DNA of 63,996 nt, counting the filler, from Asterionella formosa (taxonomy: Eukaryota): NCBI GenBank assembly GCA_002256025.1. It is 14 parts of 14 records of this genome, joined end to end, with 100 filler letters (N's around TTAATTAATTAA, not from the genome) between each part and the next. Parts side by side here need not be neighbours in the genome. Positions count along the whole stretch, not along the records: positions 1 to 22,936 come from NKIB01002573.1; 13 more parts are not named here. One strand, given 5' to 3'. Numbering within the stretch: position 1 is the first letter of the stretch; the number at the start of each line of letters is the position of its first letter. The translations under genes were made by a program, and so were the position numbers. Below the pieces are notes generated by a model. It saw only the letters and a list, made by a program, of their open reading frames with translations, was not told where the DNA came from and searched no databases. Shown here piece after piece: positions 1-11,683 of the stretch.

Positions 1-221
1 CTTTTCTGCTATCATGGTTGTGTTCTCGTTGTCGTTATCGCTGTCCCTGCTGTTTCTGCTGTCATTTTTCTTGTTCTTATTCTATTGTTCTTTCGTTGTG
101 GTTACTGTGGCTGTATACCCTTCTCTTCCTTGGTGTTCCTCGCCCTGCGTTTAAACTTGAACATGCATTTTTTGATATGGAATGTAAAAAGGTCTTGTTT
201 GTTAAAAACCAGCCATCATCT

Positions 222-1240
222 GACTCTGTGAATCTTGTTCTTCGCTTCCAGATAACAAGAAGGACTCTGTTGTGGGCCGGTTCCTCTGGAAGAAACAGGC
301 AGGCATTTTTTGTTTCTCCTTGCTTGTCATCACAGAAAGGATGCATCTGAAAGTTCGAGAAATTATGGTAAGCAGTTAATATTTTGGGAAATGGAACAGG
401 TCTTTTGTCACATTGCTGTTGTTCTTTTTGTTGTTGCTCTGCACCGTCGCTCGTTTTCTTTGTCTCGTGTTCGGAACTATGTTTGATTGCTGTTGTAGTT
501 CCTTTACCTCCATTTCGTTCTTCCTCTTACTTGTGCCGTTTGGAATTGGAAAAGTGGTCAGTCATGAACATACTCTGTGAACCTTGTTCTTTTTCTACAG
601 ACAATCAATCTGTTTTTGGCAGGGCAGGGTTGAACCTTGGGAATAATGAAATGCGTCGTGCTCTGCCTGTGTCAGGATGGCTATCAATCATTTGTTATTC
701 GCATTGTTGAAAGGATTCCTCTGGTGCATAGGGGAAAAATGTATACATGGTAAGCAAGTGCAATGTTTTCTTGCCTTCTGCTGATATTGTTTGCTGTTGC
801 TTGTTGTGGGCGGATCTCCTCTCCTATTCTCCTTCGTCTTTGTTCGTAATTGTTAGCGCAGGCATTGCCTATTTGTAATGAATTAGAAGAATGGCTTGAT
901 TTTGTGCTTGTTAATTGTTGATCACGAACTTACTCTGCAAACGCTGTTCTTTGTCTACAGACAATCAATCTGTTGAGCAAGGGATTTGTTGGGAATCAGG
1001 CGGCATGGTAAACACAACAAGAACGATGCCTTTGTAACAATTGTTCGTCCATGAAATCACTCTGCGACCGTTGTTTACTGATTGTAGACAATCAATTTGA
1101 TGAGGGCTGGGTTGGACATTGGGGAACATGGTAAGGAGCACACAGAACCGAAATCATGGCTTCGCAACTTTTGCTATCTCATCAACTCACTCTGCAAATG
1201 CTCTTGCCCTCTTGTTTCTACAGCAGACAATCAATCTGAG
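222..1240 (+). repeat. Degenerate repeated intron-3'-end/short-exon-like module (about 4-5 copies)
   Basis: ACTCTG...pyrimidine tract...YAG followed by ACAATCAAT at ~601, ~961, ~1088, ~1227 (weaker at ~250); several units end in ATG-GTAA (~366, ~747, ~1005, ~1128). No intact frame. Confidence 0.45.
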
Positions 1241-2764
1241 CAATGAGAATGAGCAGCCGGCTCATTTGCTATGAATTGATCGACCAATAGTAGCAACAGG
1301 GACTCCTGCAAGTATGAGTAGCCAGGCAATCTTGTGAGTCGTTACAGCATCCAGCTGCAAGAATGAACATCCATCGCTTGTCGTATTGGTTTGAGAATCA
1401 CATTCTATAGAAAGTATCAATATAGACTATATAGCGAAGCGATTAATTTGATTGATTTTGCGATTGTAGCTAGAATTCAATTTAAACGTTGATTGCTTAA
1501 ACATAATTATTTGCTTGACTAGCATTTATATTTGTTTAACCTTGAGGTATTAATGTGATCAAAGTAAAGATAAAATGGGAGCGAACAAACAGAATTAACG
1601 GTAGTCAGAGTGAAGAATATTTGTGAACGGAAATGTTGCGAATTGTAGAGAAAAGTACCGTATTATAGAGATTATTACTGAACCAATTTTTCTTCGTGTC
1701 GCCAGAAAATATTGTCAGTTGGCCCCAAAAATTATGTGGGTTTTAAAATAATTATGGAAGTTGTCGAAACTATTTTAGTTCACTCCGTTCATATATATTG
1801 TATGATGCATCATAATTTTTTATGTGATGTCATACCCTTAAATTATGTACGTAGCTAAATTCGTCATATTGGGCCACCCAAATAATTAATTTGGGTGATC
1901 ATATTTGACTAGCGTTTTTTTTGTGGCGGCTGTACCAGTAATCGGCGTTGTAGATGTACTAGGTGATGTCACAGCCCTGTTACCATCACGAAAATGTTGA
2001 TCAGCATCACAAACCCAACTTCCACTCCTTCTTAGCTACTTCTTCAATGGGATACATGATCTCTCCTCCCATGCAGATGAATTCACATAAGTAAAGAGCG
2101 TAGTAACCGCAAATACTGAATTTCCTGTAACATAGAAATAATCTTTGTCTACTTTTGCTCTTCATTTGATACTCATGTTGGAATACCATGATCACCTTCT
2201 TGCCTCTAGAAAACTTGAACTCATTTGGTTCCAAAAATTGGTTTGGAAAAAACTTCTTTAACTAACTTATCAATCTAATGAATTGTATTTTTCATGAAGA
2301 TATTCCTTGAATTGACCAACCGGGAACCAAGCACCATGTATTGCAAGGTCACTGATGGCAGCCATAATTGAAATTGCTATATTTATTTAAGCATCTGGTG
2401 AAAAGAAGTGATTCCCCAAAAGCATTTCACTCATGACATAATGAACAGTTCTAAAAGTCTTTGGGGATTCACTTTTGCGCAAGAAACGACGACGGAGATC
2501 TTCAGTAACGTGGTGAGCCGATCAAAGCAAACAAAATGGCGTGATGTTTAGTACACCTATAGGGATAAGGATAATATTTTGTACCAGATCCACGTGGGCT
2601 ACTATAATTATTATTTTAATGTAATCAGCCATATGGTTGCCATACATTTTCATATCTGGGGCTCACAATTATTATTTTAAATATTTACAATAATTCAAGT
2701 GATCAACCAATTATAATCCTTTACAATAGAGTCACTATCTTTTTTCACCTTGTTGGCCTTGAAC

Positions 2765-4021
2765 TCATAAACTATGATGACTTTGAACACCATTGGTGAG
2801 CTTGATGTCACTGCGTTTTGTGCATTTAATTTCCGAGCCATCACTGACAACGACTGTGACACTGACTGGGCGTACATTTGTCATACCGATGTCACTCATT
2901 GTGATATGGGCAGTAGCTCCAGTATCAGCGAGCCAATTCTCCTGTGGGGCAAGAGAGCAAGGAGCAACAGCAGAAGCACAAAACTCTTTGGTATTAATTT
3001 TTACATCAACAATCAATAATTTCCTCACAAATAACAATGAAGGTCCATTCTTTATCATCGTTCTTGTTGTACTTGTTATTCATATCTTGTTTATTTTCAT
3101 TCGCTTCGATGTCTTCATAGTCAATTGCACACATGCCAACAAACATGCCGGTCTCTTTCATAGTATTACTTTCTCATTTGGGTTTGGGGAATCTTTTGCG
3201 ATATGTCCGGCATGGCTGCTTGTTGCAATTAAACACTTAACACCTTTCGGAGGAGGCCTGTTTCCGTATCTGTGCGTCTTGTTCTTGACTCAACAATCGG
3301 CTGCCTTGTGTCCTTGCTTGCCACAAGAGCGGCAGAGTTTTTTGAACTTAGTTCCAAAGGCAGCAAGAGCAAATTCGCCATCCGACTTTTCGTTCTTAAA
3401 CTTGCGTTTGAAGAACGCGCATATCTTGGCCTTAAGGTTGTCTAGTGTTAGAGAGGGCATAGCCTCAACCATTGTTACCGCTTCTGAGTACACCTTAGGT
3501 AGTTTGTCAAGTATGTGGGAAATCATCTCGAGATTCTTCTTTTTGTAGGCAGAATCAATTGTTGCCATTCGATTCCTCAACAACTTGAGTTGGATGAACC
3601 ATTCATCTGGGTCTTGCATCTTCCCCTCACAGATGCACTTGTTGAACTGTCCTGACAGTTGGATTAGGTCACTTGTAGCACTAGGAACATAGCGAGCCTT
3701 GAGGTAGGTCCAAGCAAGGAATGCATCGCCGTCTTGATGATTCTTTGTCTTGGCTTGGTTGACCAAACCGAATGCAATCCCAGTGCAACTCATAACCAGG
3801 AGCTGGTATGTGCGATCGTTCATCTTGTAGATCATCTTGACATCGTCTTTGTCTGTAGTTTCGTAGACAGCATCGCTGCATGGATTGGTATCCTTCATGT
3901 AGGCATTCTTGAATCCTCTTGTCTTGGCTATTGCAAGTGTCTTCACACTCCACTCATGCCAATTGGTGTCCTTGCCATCAAACTTCACAAGGCGAAAGGT
4001 CTCACCTTTGTCTTCAGTCAT
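2765..4021 (-). mobile_element. Degenerate Ty1/copia LTR retrotransposon: gag plus aspartic protease, truncated
   Basis: Gag motifs FDGKDTNWHEW and DGDAFLAWTYLKARY, zinc knuckle CRSCGKQGHKAADC followed by a stop at 3290; copia protease motif WLADTGATAHIT in the 2765-3058 ORF; no integrase or RT downstream. Confidence 0.88.
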
Positions 4022-4053
4022 ATTGCAAAACGAAGTTGATCCACTAGCAAGCT

Positions 4054-4196
4054 TGTTAAATTCTTCTGCAGTCTACAATAGGGATTACATACCAGGTTTT
4101 CACAAGGTGTTCAATAAGATGTATGACAACCTATTCCGTCCTCCTCGAAAATGTATATAAATTTATGGGCATTTATGAGGAAAAAAGTATACCACA
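4054..4196 (-). mobile_element. Possible 5' LTR of the adjacent copia remnant
   Basis: TG...CA-bounded 143-nt segment ending ~30 nt upstream of the gag ATG; no second copy in the window to confirm it. Confidence 0.3.
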
Positions 4197-4612
4197 TATG
4201 TACTGCCATGACCCACTGAAATCACTTTTTAGCTGTTTTATAATCATCGTACCCTCTGATGAAATCGTTCAATGAAAATTTTAACATGACAGCTTGATTG
4301 ATCAAGGTTGTGATGGTCTCCATCGAAAAATTGGCACTTACAGCCGACGGCATGTGTGTCTAATTGTTGGAATTTAGTGACTGATATTGGTACTATGTAC
4401 ATGAAAATGGGCTCATCAGTTTCTTTTATTATCATCCTATGCTCCCCAGTGCTGGCTACCTTTCCTTTGTATATGGTCATAGCCCTTGTTCCCATGTATA
4501 CAGCTTCCGTTCTTTTTTATATATCCACATAACTTGCCTGCCGTATTGTTCGTCTCCTTAGCTTCGCGTATGCGCATCATTCTTCATTTTGTGCAAACAT
4601 ATATTTCCTTCT

Positions 4613-7109
4613 TTACCACTTTATAGTTAACTTGCCCTTGTCTGTATCCTTTGCCGCCACCGCTACATCCAATGAACTGCTTCCTATTCTGGACTCTCCA
4701 CCGTCACTACCTCGTGCCAATAGCCGATCAAATTGACGGTCATTTCTGACCAGCTTGACAGCAGCTTGGACTTGTGTATCAGTTTTGATAGACCGCTCGA
4801 TCAACATGCTTTCAGGCAGGTATCTGGCCAAAATCCCAGTCGCCAAATCTTCCTTGATGTCATCCTGGTACTTGTCAAAGTCCTTAATGACTTCTCGAAC
4901 AATACTCGCTTGGAGCTGCTCCAAATCCCTTGTAGAGCCCTTGTAACCAGATTGTTTTAAGATTTTGCGCAAGTCGTTGATTGGCCCATTATACAGAGCT
5001 TCCAACTTGATGTCTCCATCCTTTTGCTTCTGTTGAACAAACGCTTGAAATTCTTTATAGGTATCGTCATCCACTTGAAATTGATTGGTCAATTCATGAG
5101 TTCGACTCCACTGCGCTGCAAAGTCGTTGACAATACCTGATCGTAGTAACGTGACTTCTAAAGCGGAGGCCTTGGGTGCCACCACTTTGTAATCTACTTC
5201 AATGCCTCCTCCATCTTGAACCTCTCGACCACGTTTGGTGTAGAACGTAGTCTTGTCCTTGTCTGCAACTTTACTTGCTTGGAACTTCCCGCCATCGGCA
5301 GCATTGAGCCCCCCTCCTTCCTTGTATTGAATACCCTGAATGCATCTACCACTGGGAGTATAGTACTTGGCCACAGTGAATTTGAGAGCCGTGTTGAAAG
5401 GCAAGTCTTGGACATTTTGCACCAACCCTTTTCCGAACGTCCTATCTGCCCCGACAATGATTCCAACATCCAAATCTTGAACAGCCCCCGATACAATCTC
5501 AGCGGCGGATGCAGTTCCCCCGTTGACCAACACAGCCAACTTAGTTCTGCTATCCAGTACAGGGTCAATCCTAGATCGATACATGACGCCCGGAAACCCC
5601 CTGCCCTTGGCTGATACAATGTCTGATCCCTTGGGCACTAACAACGACGCCACATCAACTGCCGAAGTTAAGAGTCCACCTGGATTTCCTCGAAGGTCCA
5701 GAACTAGTCCCTTCAAGGAGGTGTCTCCATTGGTAGCATCTTCAGTCAATTGCTGCAAGTACAAAATCGCATTTCTAACTTCCCTCCCAGCATCTGATGC
5801 GAATCCAGTCAGTTGAATGTACCCAATTCCATCCTTGGCGTCACCCAGCAGTGTCGCAAGTTTGACATCCCTGATTCTCACCACAGTCCTCGGGACACTC
5901 ACTGTCTGCACTTCCTTGACTCCTTCTCGTTCAAAGGATACATCTACAAATGTCCCCGGTTCACCCCGTAATCTATTCCTCACTTGATCAACAGTGGTGG
6001 CTGGTCCAATGGTCATGTCATCAATGGCCACAATTTTGTCTCCCACTCGCATTCCAGCATCAAACGCGTATCCTTCAAACGCCGAAATGACCCGAATCCC
6101 ATGATCCTTGACTTGTCGAATGACCTTTTGTTGTTCGGATTCAAAATCCATTTGTTCTTGTTCTTCCTCAGTCAATGCTGCTGCTGACGACATTTCCCCA
6201 CTATTGAACAATAGATTCTTACTCTTCTTGATTGGTGCAACTGTTGCTGATTCATCCTTCTCACCTCCCTGTATCATGGCCAGATCCTTGGGAGTAGCAC
6301 CAGAAATGACCAACCCTACTCCACCATACTTTCCATCAATACTTTCATTCAATTCTACTGCTTGTGACTTGCCTTCAAATTCTGTGTATGGATCTAGCGA
6401 TTGCAACATGGCAGACACTCCCGTTTCAAATAGTTTTTGTGTGTCCACCTCATCGACATAGGCTCTATCCAAATCCGTGAGAATGGTTTCAAATAGAGTA
6501 ACAGGTTCCGTAAGAGATTCAACTTGTGTGTAAACGGGAACAACAATGACGGCCAATGTTATAATGGTCCCAGTGATAAAGGACAAGACAGCAAGTTGTA
6601 GAGAAGGTAACCAAAGAGAGAACTTTTCAGACAACAAGTCAAGAAACGTGAGGAGTCTATCGGGCAGCTTGTCTCGTAGTTGGAGGAGGATGGAGTCTAG
6701 AGTGAGTAGGATCTTGTTCACGCTCTTGTTCTTCTTGTTGTTGCTGTTCTTGGCCATGTCAAGCCGACTCATCGAGGTCGTCCTTCGAGACAAAATGGGA
6801 GTGGGCTTCCAGCATAATGTTCGAAGCCTAGCCCCATTTGGAGTAATATCGGACATGGTTAGTACAATGCAGTGCAATGCAATGCAATACAATACAATAC
6901 TACGCAATAGGACCGCATGGAACGCACCATTTGTCGTGCTTTCCGAGTTTCTGAAGGTCCACATCATTGGAAATCACTCGCGGCAACCCAAGTGCATTTC
7001 TCCGTCCAGCGGAAGAGACAAAGGCGTCAGTGCCGCTGTTGCAAGATGCAAGAAGAAACAGCAACAGCAGCAGCGGTGCAGGATCATCATGTCGCAAAGG
7101 ATTCTTCAT
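4613..7109 (-). CDS. C-terminal processing peptidase (S41A, CtpA/Prc-like, PDZ domain), probably plastid-targeted; 2 exons (7109-6928, 6827-4613)
   Basis: Motifs LDPYT, GVGL, GYIQL, LDLRGNPGGLL, TASAAEIVSGA (catalytic Ser), TFGKGLVQ (Lys). GT-AG intron 6927-6828 with TACTAAC branch site keeps the frame (KHDKW|LRTL). Exon 1 has a signal peptide ending TDA-FVS. Confidence 0.92.
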
Positions 7110-8346
7110 TCTACTGGTATCCACGCTCTGTTGTGATTGTAGAATGACAAAATGTGATTTCAATGTCCAGAAATTATTATGATATTGAACAATTTACTTT
7201 CTGGTCTCAAAGAATTTCGTGTCGAGATCGTTGTTCCCAAAATGTACCGTACACACACACACTCAGGTATGATATGCCTGATGTGCGTACATATCTAGCA
7301 ACAACTAATAATATTAGGCCTTACATAGTACCGACTATTCTTGTATGGAATTGTCGTACCGGTATCAGATGTGGAACATTGTTTGTGACGACGAGGGTCC
7401 TGGTGAGCGATCATACGAAAGGCAAAAAGAATATTAATTTTCTTCTGCTGCTCCAAACGACGACGACAGAGCGGGTACATAAAATTCTGCTCGTCTTGCC
7501 GCCGACGTGGTCAAGATGGAAATTCTGCCATCATGGCTGACGAAGGCCCCTCGTGACAACAACCTCCATGGAATACCAGTACATTTGTCGTGATTGTATC
7601 AGATGCCAGGTATATCAAAAATAATAACATACCGGAACCTGGTACCAGGTACCACACATGTGTTCACGTAATCACCAGGTGCCGTAGACAGGCCTATTAA
7701 TTGAAGTGAGCTCATCTACCGGTACGTAGTTATGACTCGGAGTCAAACAATTCGAATGAGTCAACTTTGATGTACCAACCTCTCATCAACCACACATTAT
7801 ACTTTGTTAATCCTCCTATAATGAGCCGGACGATATAAGCTATTTTGGAAGACCGATAGTTTGAAAATGAATGATCATGGTTAAAAACCTGTGATCAGTA
7901 AGTGTGAGATAGACATGGGTCTATCTATGATTGCATGTTTCTAGAAATGCAAACAGCATTTAGAGAATAGTTTGTTTGTTTGTTCAAACAGAACAACCTA
8001 AACTAGATTAGTAAAGTCACAATAAGAATATAGAAACGGAAAGAGAAACGAACATCTCTATCTAAAGTCTTCTTTGTCTAATGATATAGATCTATCTAAA
8101 AGGTAATACTTTCACAGTATCCGTGGTGCAACACAATGCATGAACAGAACATTTTAACACTGGAGGGTACCAAGGTTGAGTTTTTTAAACTCAAGCTATG
8201 CATTATACCAGTAACAAGTTAGTAACTCATGTTGTCCTCCACTATATTGAACCCCATTTATCAAGTAACACTCCCCTCTTCAAAATGAATGTTGCTGTGT
8301 TCTACCCTAAATGTTTATACTTACTATGTTTAATAGTGGTCTCCTC

Positions 8347-9438
8347 TCATGAATCTAAATACTCCAACACCAGTTTCCTCCATTTGAATGGACATTCAAA
8401 TGGGACAGCATGTCCCACATTCTCCAAAATGATTGGATCATTCCATCCCAATTGCCGTGACAATTGCAATGCATGTTCAGGTGGTGCCATGCAATCAGCT
8501 CCTCCAACTACCAATTGACCACCATGACCAGCTCGACATGACAATGATGACAAAGATGATATATAATGATCATAATAGCCATCCACCTCATCATGCAACA
8601 ATACACGAAGGAGTTCCGTGGCTTTATTTTCTTGTTCAACAAAGTTTACCCATTGAGATATGCGATCCTTGTTCTTATATAAAAAATCACTTGAATATGT
8701 TGTTTGCAACATGCTCCAACCATAACTTTTGTTGGATTGCAAACAGTCTATCCATCCCATCATAGCAACTTTGGATGCCACACTGCGTTCTGAGGCAATT
8801 CCTGTCAAGTGTATCTTGTGAATACTGCCACTACTACTGGTTGTAGCAGTTGTTGGATTTGAATCATTCTCTTGTAGCAGCATGCTGGCGTAGGCCAACA
8901 GTATCCTAGCTCCTAACGAGAATCCAACCAAATCGAATGAGGGTGGTACTTGAGAACTAGTAGTACCAGTAGTACCAGAATTAGTAGTACTATTCCAATG
9001 TTGCATAATTATTTGATGCAACGCTTGGGCTTGAGAAATGAGTGAATAATAACAATGATCGGTTCCATCAAACTGGTCATTAACAACAGTAGTGGTTGAA
9101 AAAGACTTTCCTACTCCCAGTGGTTCCACGAGTAATACATTTCTTGTCGTGGATAGAGCTCGTGCAGTTGGTTCCCATGCAGCCAAGGGTTGAGCCATAC
9201 CACCCATTAGAATAATAGTTGGACTGTTGGTATTTTGAATTGTTGTTGGAAACCATAACGAGCGCTGATGATTGTGATGATGATGATGATGATTATGTGA
9301 TGCTAGTAGTGACAGTGACGATACGTTATCACTCAAGATGAAACACTGCAAGAAGGTGAGGAGAATAGTAGCGACAGCAAAAGTCATGAAATGAAGAAAT
9401 GATTGCTGTAACGAATTGATTAATGTCGTCGTATGCAT
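8347..9438 (-). CDS. Alpha/beta hydrolase fold protein
   Basis: Nucleophile elbow LVGFSLGA, oxyanion-region GGM, GGAD, C-terminal VGHAVPFE; first ATG at 9438. Confidence 0.85.
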   Translation of the reverse strand: MHTTTLINSLQQSFLHFMTFAVATILLTFLQCFILSDNVSSLSLLASHNHHHHHHNHQRSLWFPTTIQNTNSPTIILMGGMAQPLAAWEPTARALSTTRNVLLVEPLGVGKSFSTTTVVNDQFDGTDHCYYSLISQAQALHQIIMQHWNSTTNSGTTGTTSSQVPPSFDLVGFSLGARILLAYASMLLQENDSNPTTATTSSSGSIHKIHLTGIASERSVASKVAMMGWIDCLQSNKSYGWSMLQTTYSSDFLYKNKDRISQWVNFVEQENKATELLRVLLHDEVDGYYDHYISSLSSLSCRAGHGGQLVVGGADCMAPPEHALQLSRQLGWNDPIILENVGHAVPFECPFKWRKLVLEYLDS

Positions 9439-10326
9439 TTTAAATTTTAGGCGATGCTGCTGCTGATGATGATGATGGCACCAATTTGTTGTCACGTGAT
9501 GAAAGCTGATCAATATTCAATACCGGTATATGTACCGGAATACTGTCAATTATTTACCGCATGCATATACCGGTAGCTATGATACGGTTTACCGGAGTAG
9601 TCTAGGATATTAGTTCTGTATACCGGTACTCGGTATCATGTCAAGATGTGAAGTATGATGATACCGGTGCCGCACAGGGTCCCAAAATACAGGCATGTTG
9701 TGAGTTGGTGTTGGTGTTGGTGTGTTGGAGTGTACTGGTATTTGTTTGTGGTCGTTCCATCATTGAATCCAAAATCTCCCCTACCAGACCTCATGCAAAT
9801 GATGGAGTGCTAATTAATAATGATTCAAGAAATAAAAGACTTTTAGTTATATAACTATGAAAGTGATTGCCACATAGTTCTTGTTCCCATCAAAGGCAGC
9901 TGAACAAGCCTCTTTTGCATTTCCCTTTCCAAATAGATGATACATTTGCAAGCAGTTAAGCACTTTATGGACTATAAATTATAGTAACTGGCAATCTGGG
10001 CCAATACATCAACATCTTTAAAAAGGGGTGGGGCTGCTCCCATTATTTTTTGTATCATTTTTCCATCTTACAACCAAGTAAAGCTGAATACTGCACTGAA
10101 GAATATATAATAAAATGAATTCACTTTCTTCATATTGCTAGACCTGCAGATTGAACATAATCCAAGCATGCTCTAGTGTACTTAGTTCGAAAAGACCGTC
10201 ACATGATGGTACTGTTGTGACAACTTAAAAAGTAATAACTAACGGACAATTGCAATCAAGGAAGATTTTGTATGGGTGACAATAGTACGACAAACAACAA
10301 CACCTCAACGTAGTTCATTCTCAGTG

Positions 10327-10875
10327 TTATCTCCTTCGCCTTCTTGGCTGTTCCGCCCTTTCAATCTGAAGAGGCGCATCCATTGCTGGTGACTCATTTT
10401 CCTGACGAGCAATGGTCCGTGCTAGCTCCCACATTCCTCCCTTGTCTAACCCACCCTGCGACAAGGAGGCTGCTAATGCAACTTGGCGCCTTGTTTCGGC
10501 ATTCATTTGGAATTTTAGATTTTGGCCAGTCTCGTGGAGAATCCATATTCGCAGCGACTCATCACTCCACTTTTGTGGCTGCTCGATAACTTTGGTTTGA
10601 CCATTGACTTGTTGAATCGACTCAAATGCTTGACGAATTCGAGTAAACTGATCTCCAGAGGACGGACACTTGGATGTCGAGGTGTCGGGATGATGCTCAA
10701 GGGCTAGTTTCACAAATGCAGCCTTCACTTCACTGTAAGGAGAAGCTCGGGGTATACCCAAGACATGAAATGGACAAGAGACCGAGGAAAGGAGGCGGAT
10801 TCCTTGCCGTTGAATACCGGTAGTGCAGGGACCTTGAATCATACGTGACAGCAAAAGCGATACTAATGATGCCAT
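10327..10875 (-). CDS. DnaJ-domain protein, possibly mitochondrial
   Basis: PFHVLGI...EVKAAFVKLALEHHPD...FTRIRQAFE is a J-domain with the HPD motif; Arg/Ser/Leu-rich N-terminus. Confidence 0.88.
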   Translation of the reverse strand: MASLVSLLLSRMIQGPCTTGIQRQGIRLLSSVSCPFHVLGIPRASPYSEVKAAFVKLALEHHPDTSTSKCPSSGDQFTRIRQAFESIQQVNGQTKVIEQPQKWSDESLRIWILHETGQNLKFQMNAETRRQVALAASLSQGGLDKGGMWELARTIARQENESPAMDAPLQIERAEQPRRRRR

Positions 10876-11683
10876 GATTATTATTTTTTCTGGATTTTAA
10901 TTCTTTGTTCCGTCACTTTGTTGCTCCAAAAAATCACTCGTTCGTATCAACTACCATATGACTGACTCATACTGAAACCGACAATCATTCATGTCTCCTG
11001 CGTTGCTATAGTCCCCCACCCATCAAACGTTATGTCTGATCAAGCAAAGCAAATGGTTGGCATTTGTCGTGTCGTTCCTGTGGTGGGTTTTACCTGCCTT
11101 GAGCCAGAGAGTAGAATAATAGAAATATCATGTACTCTATACATGGCTGTATATACCGGCATACCATCTGCGACGACAGCGGGTGGGGCGACGTGCATGG
11201 AATGACAATACGGTACATCTACTACTGGTACTACCGGTATACTGCATGGTATACCACGTAGGTTGTGTTATCATATGATTAATTATAACTATGCATCATG
11301 TCATATTTTTCATGATCAAATGGAGGTGTATATAGAGAATTGAGGAATGCCTCATATAGGGCATCGTTTCAAAAGGAGCACCAGCCCGACTGTCAATATA
11401 TGTATTCCGGTATGAACAATGCATAAATGATCCATTACAGCCTTTTTTTTAAACTGTGGTACCAGGTACTGAATGTATTTTTACACGTGCCTACAATTTG
11501 ACATACGAAACATCCTCGTGATGGATTACCGGTAGTCGAGGAGTCGTCACGGTTGAAAAAGATTTGGACTTTTTTTGAATATCGCTCCGCAAGATGCTGC
11601 CTCATTTTGTGTTCTCATAATAGAAGTTTCTGATTTCAAATGTCACTAATATTCCATTTCTGCAAATCACTGGTTTTCAAACG

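Noticed and set aside
2007..2234. Short ORF with CGYY, as a possible Ulp1-like protease relic
   Set aside because: No His/Asp catalytic context; non-ATG start; AT-rich degenerate region.
2793..3548. 251-aa + strand ORF and similar antisense ORFs (48044-48655, 23625-24116)
   Set aside because: Shadows of genuine coding sequence on the opposite strand.
7357..7724. CCWGG/CCGG/GGTACC as restriction-modification or cloning sites
   Set aside because: Eukaryotic context, variable spacer length, and presence/absence between homologous copies fit TA-anchored insertion better.
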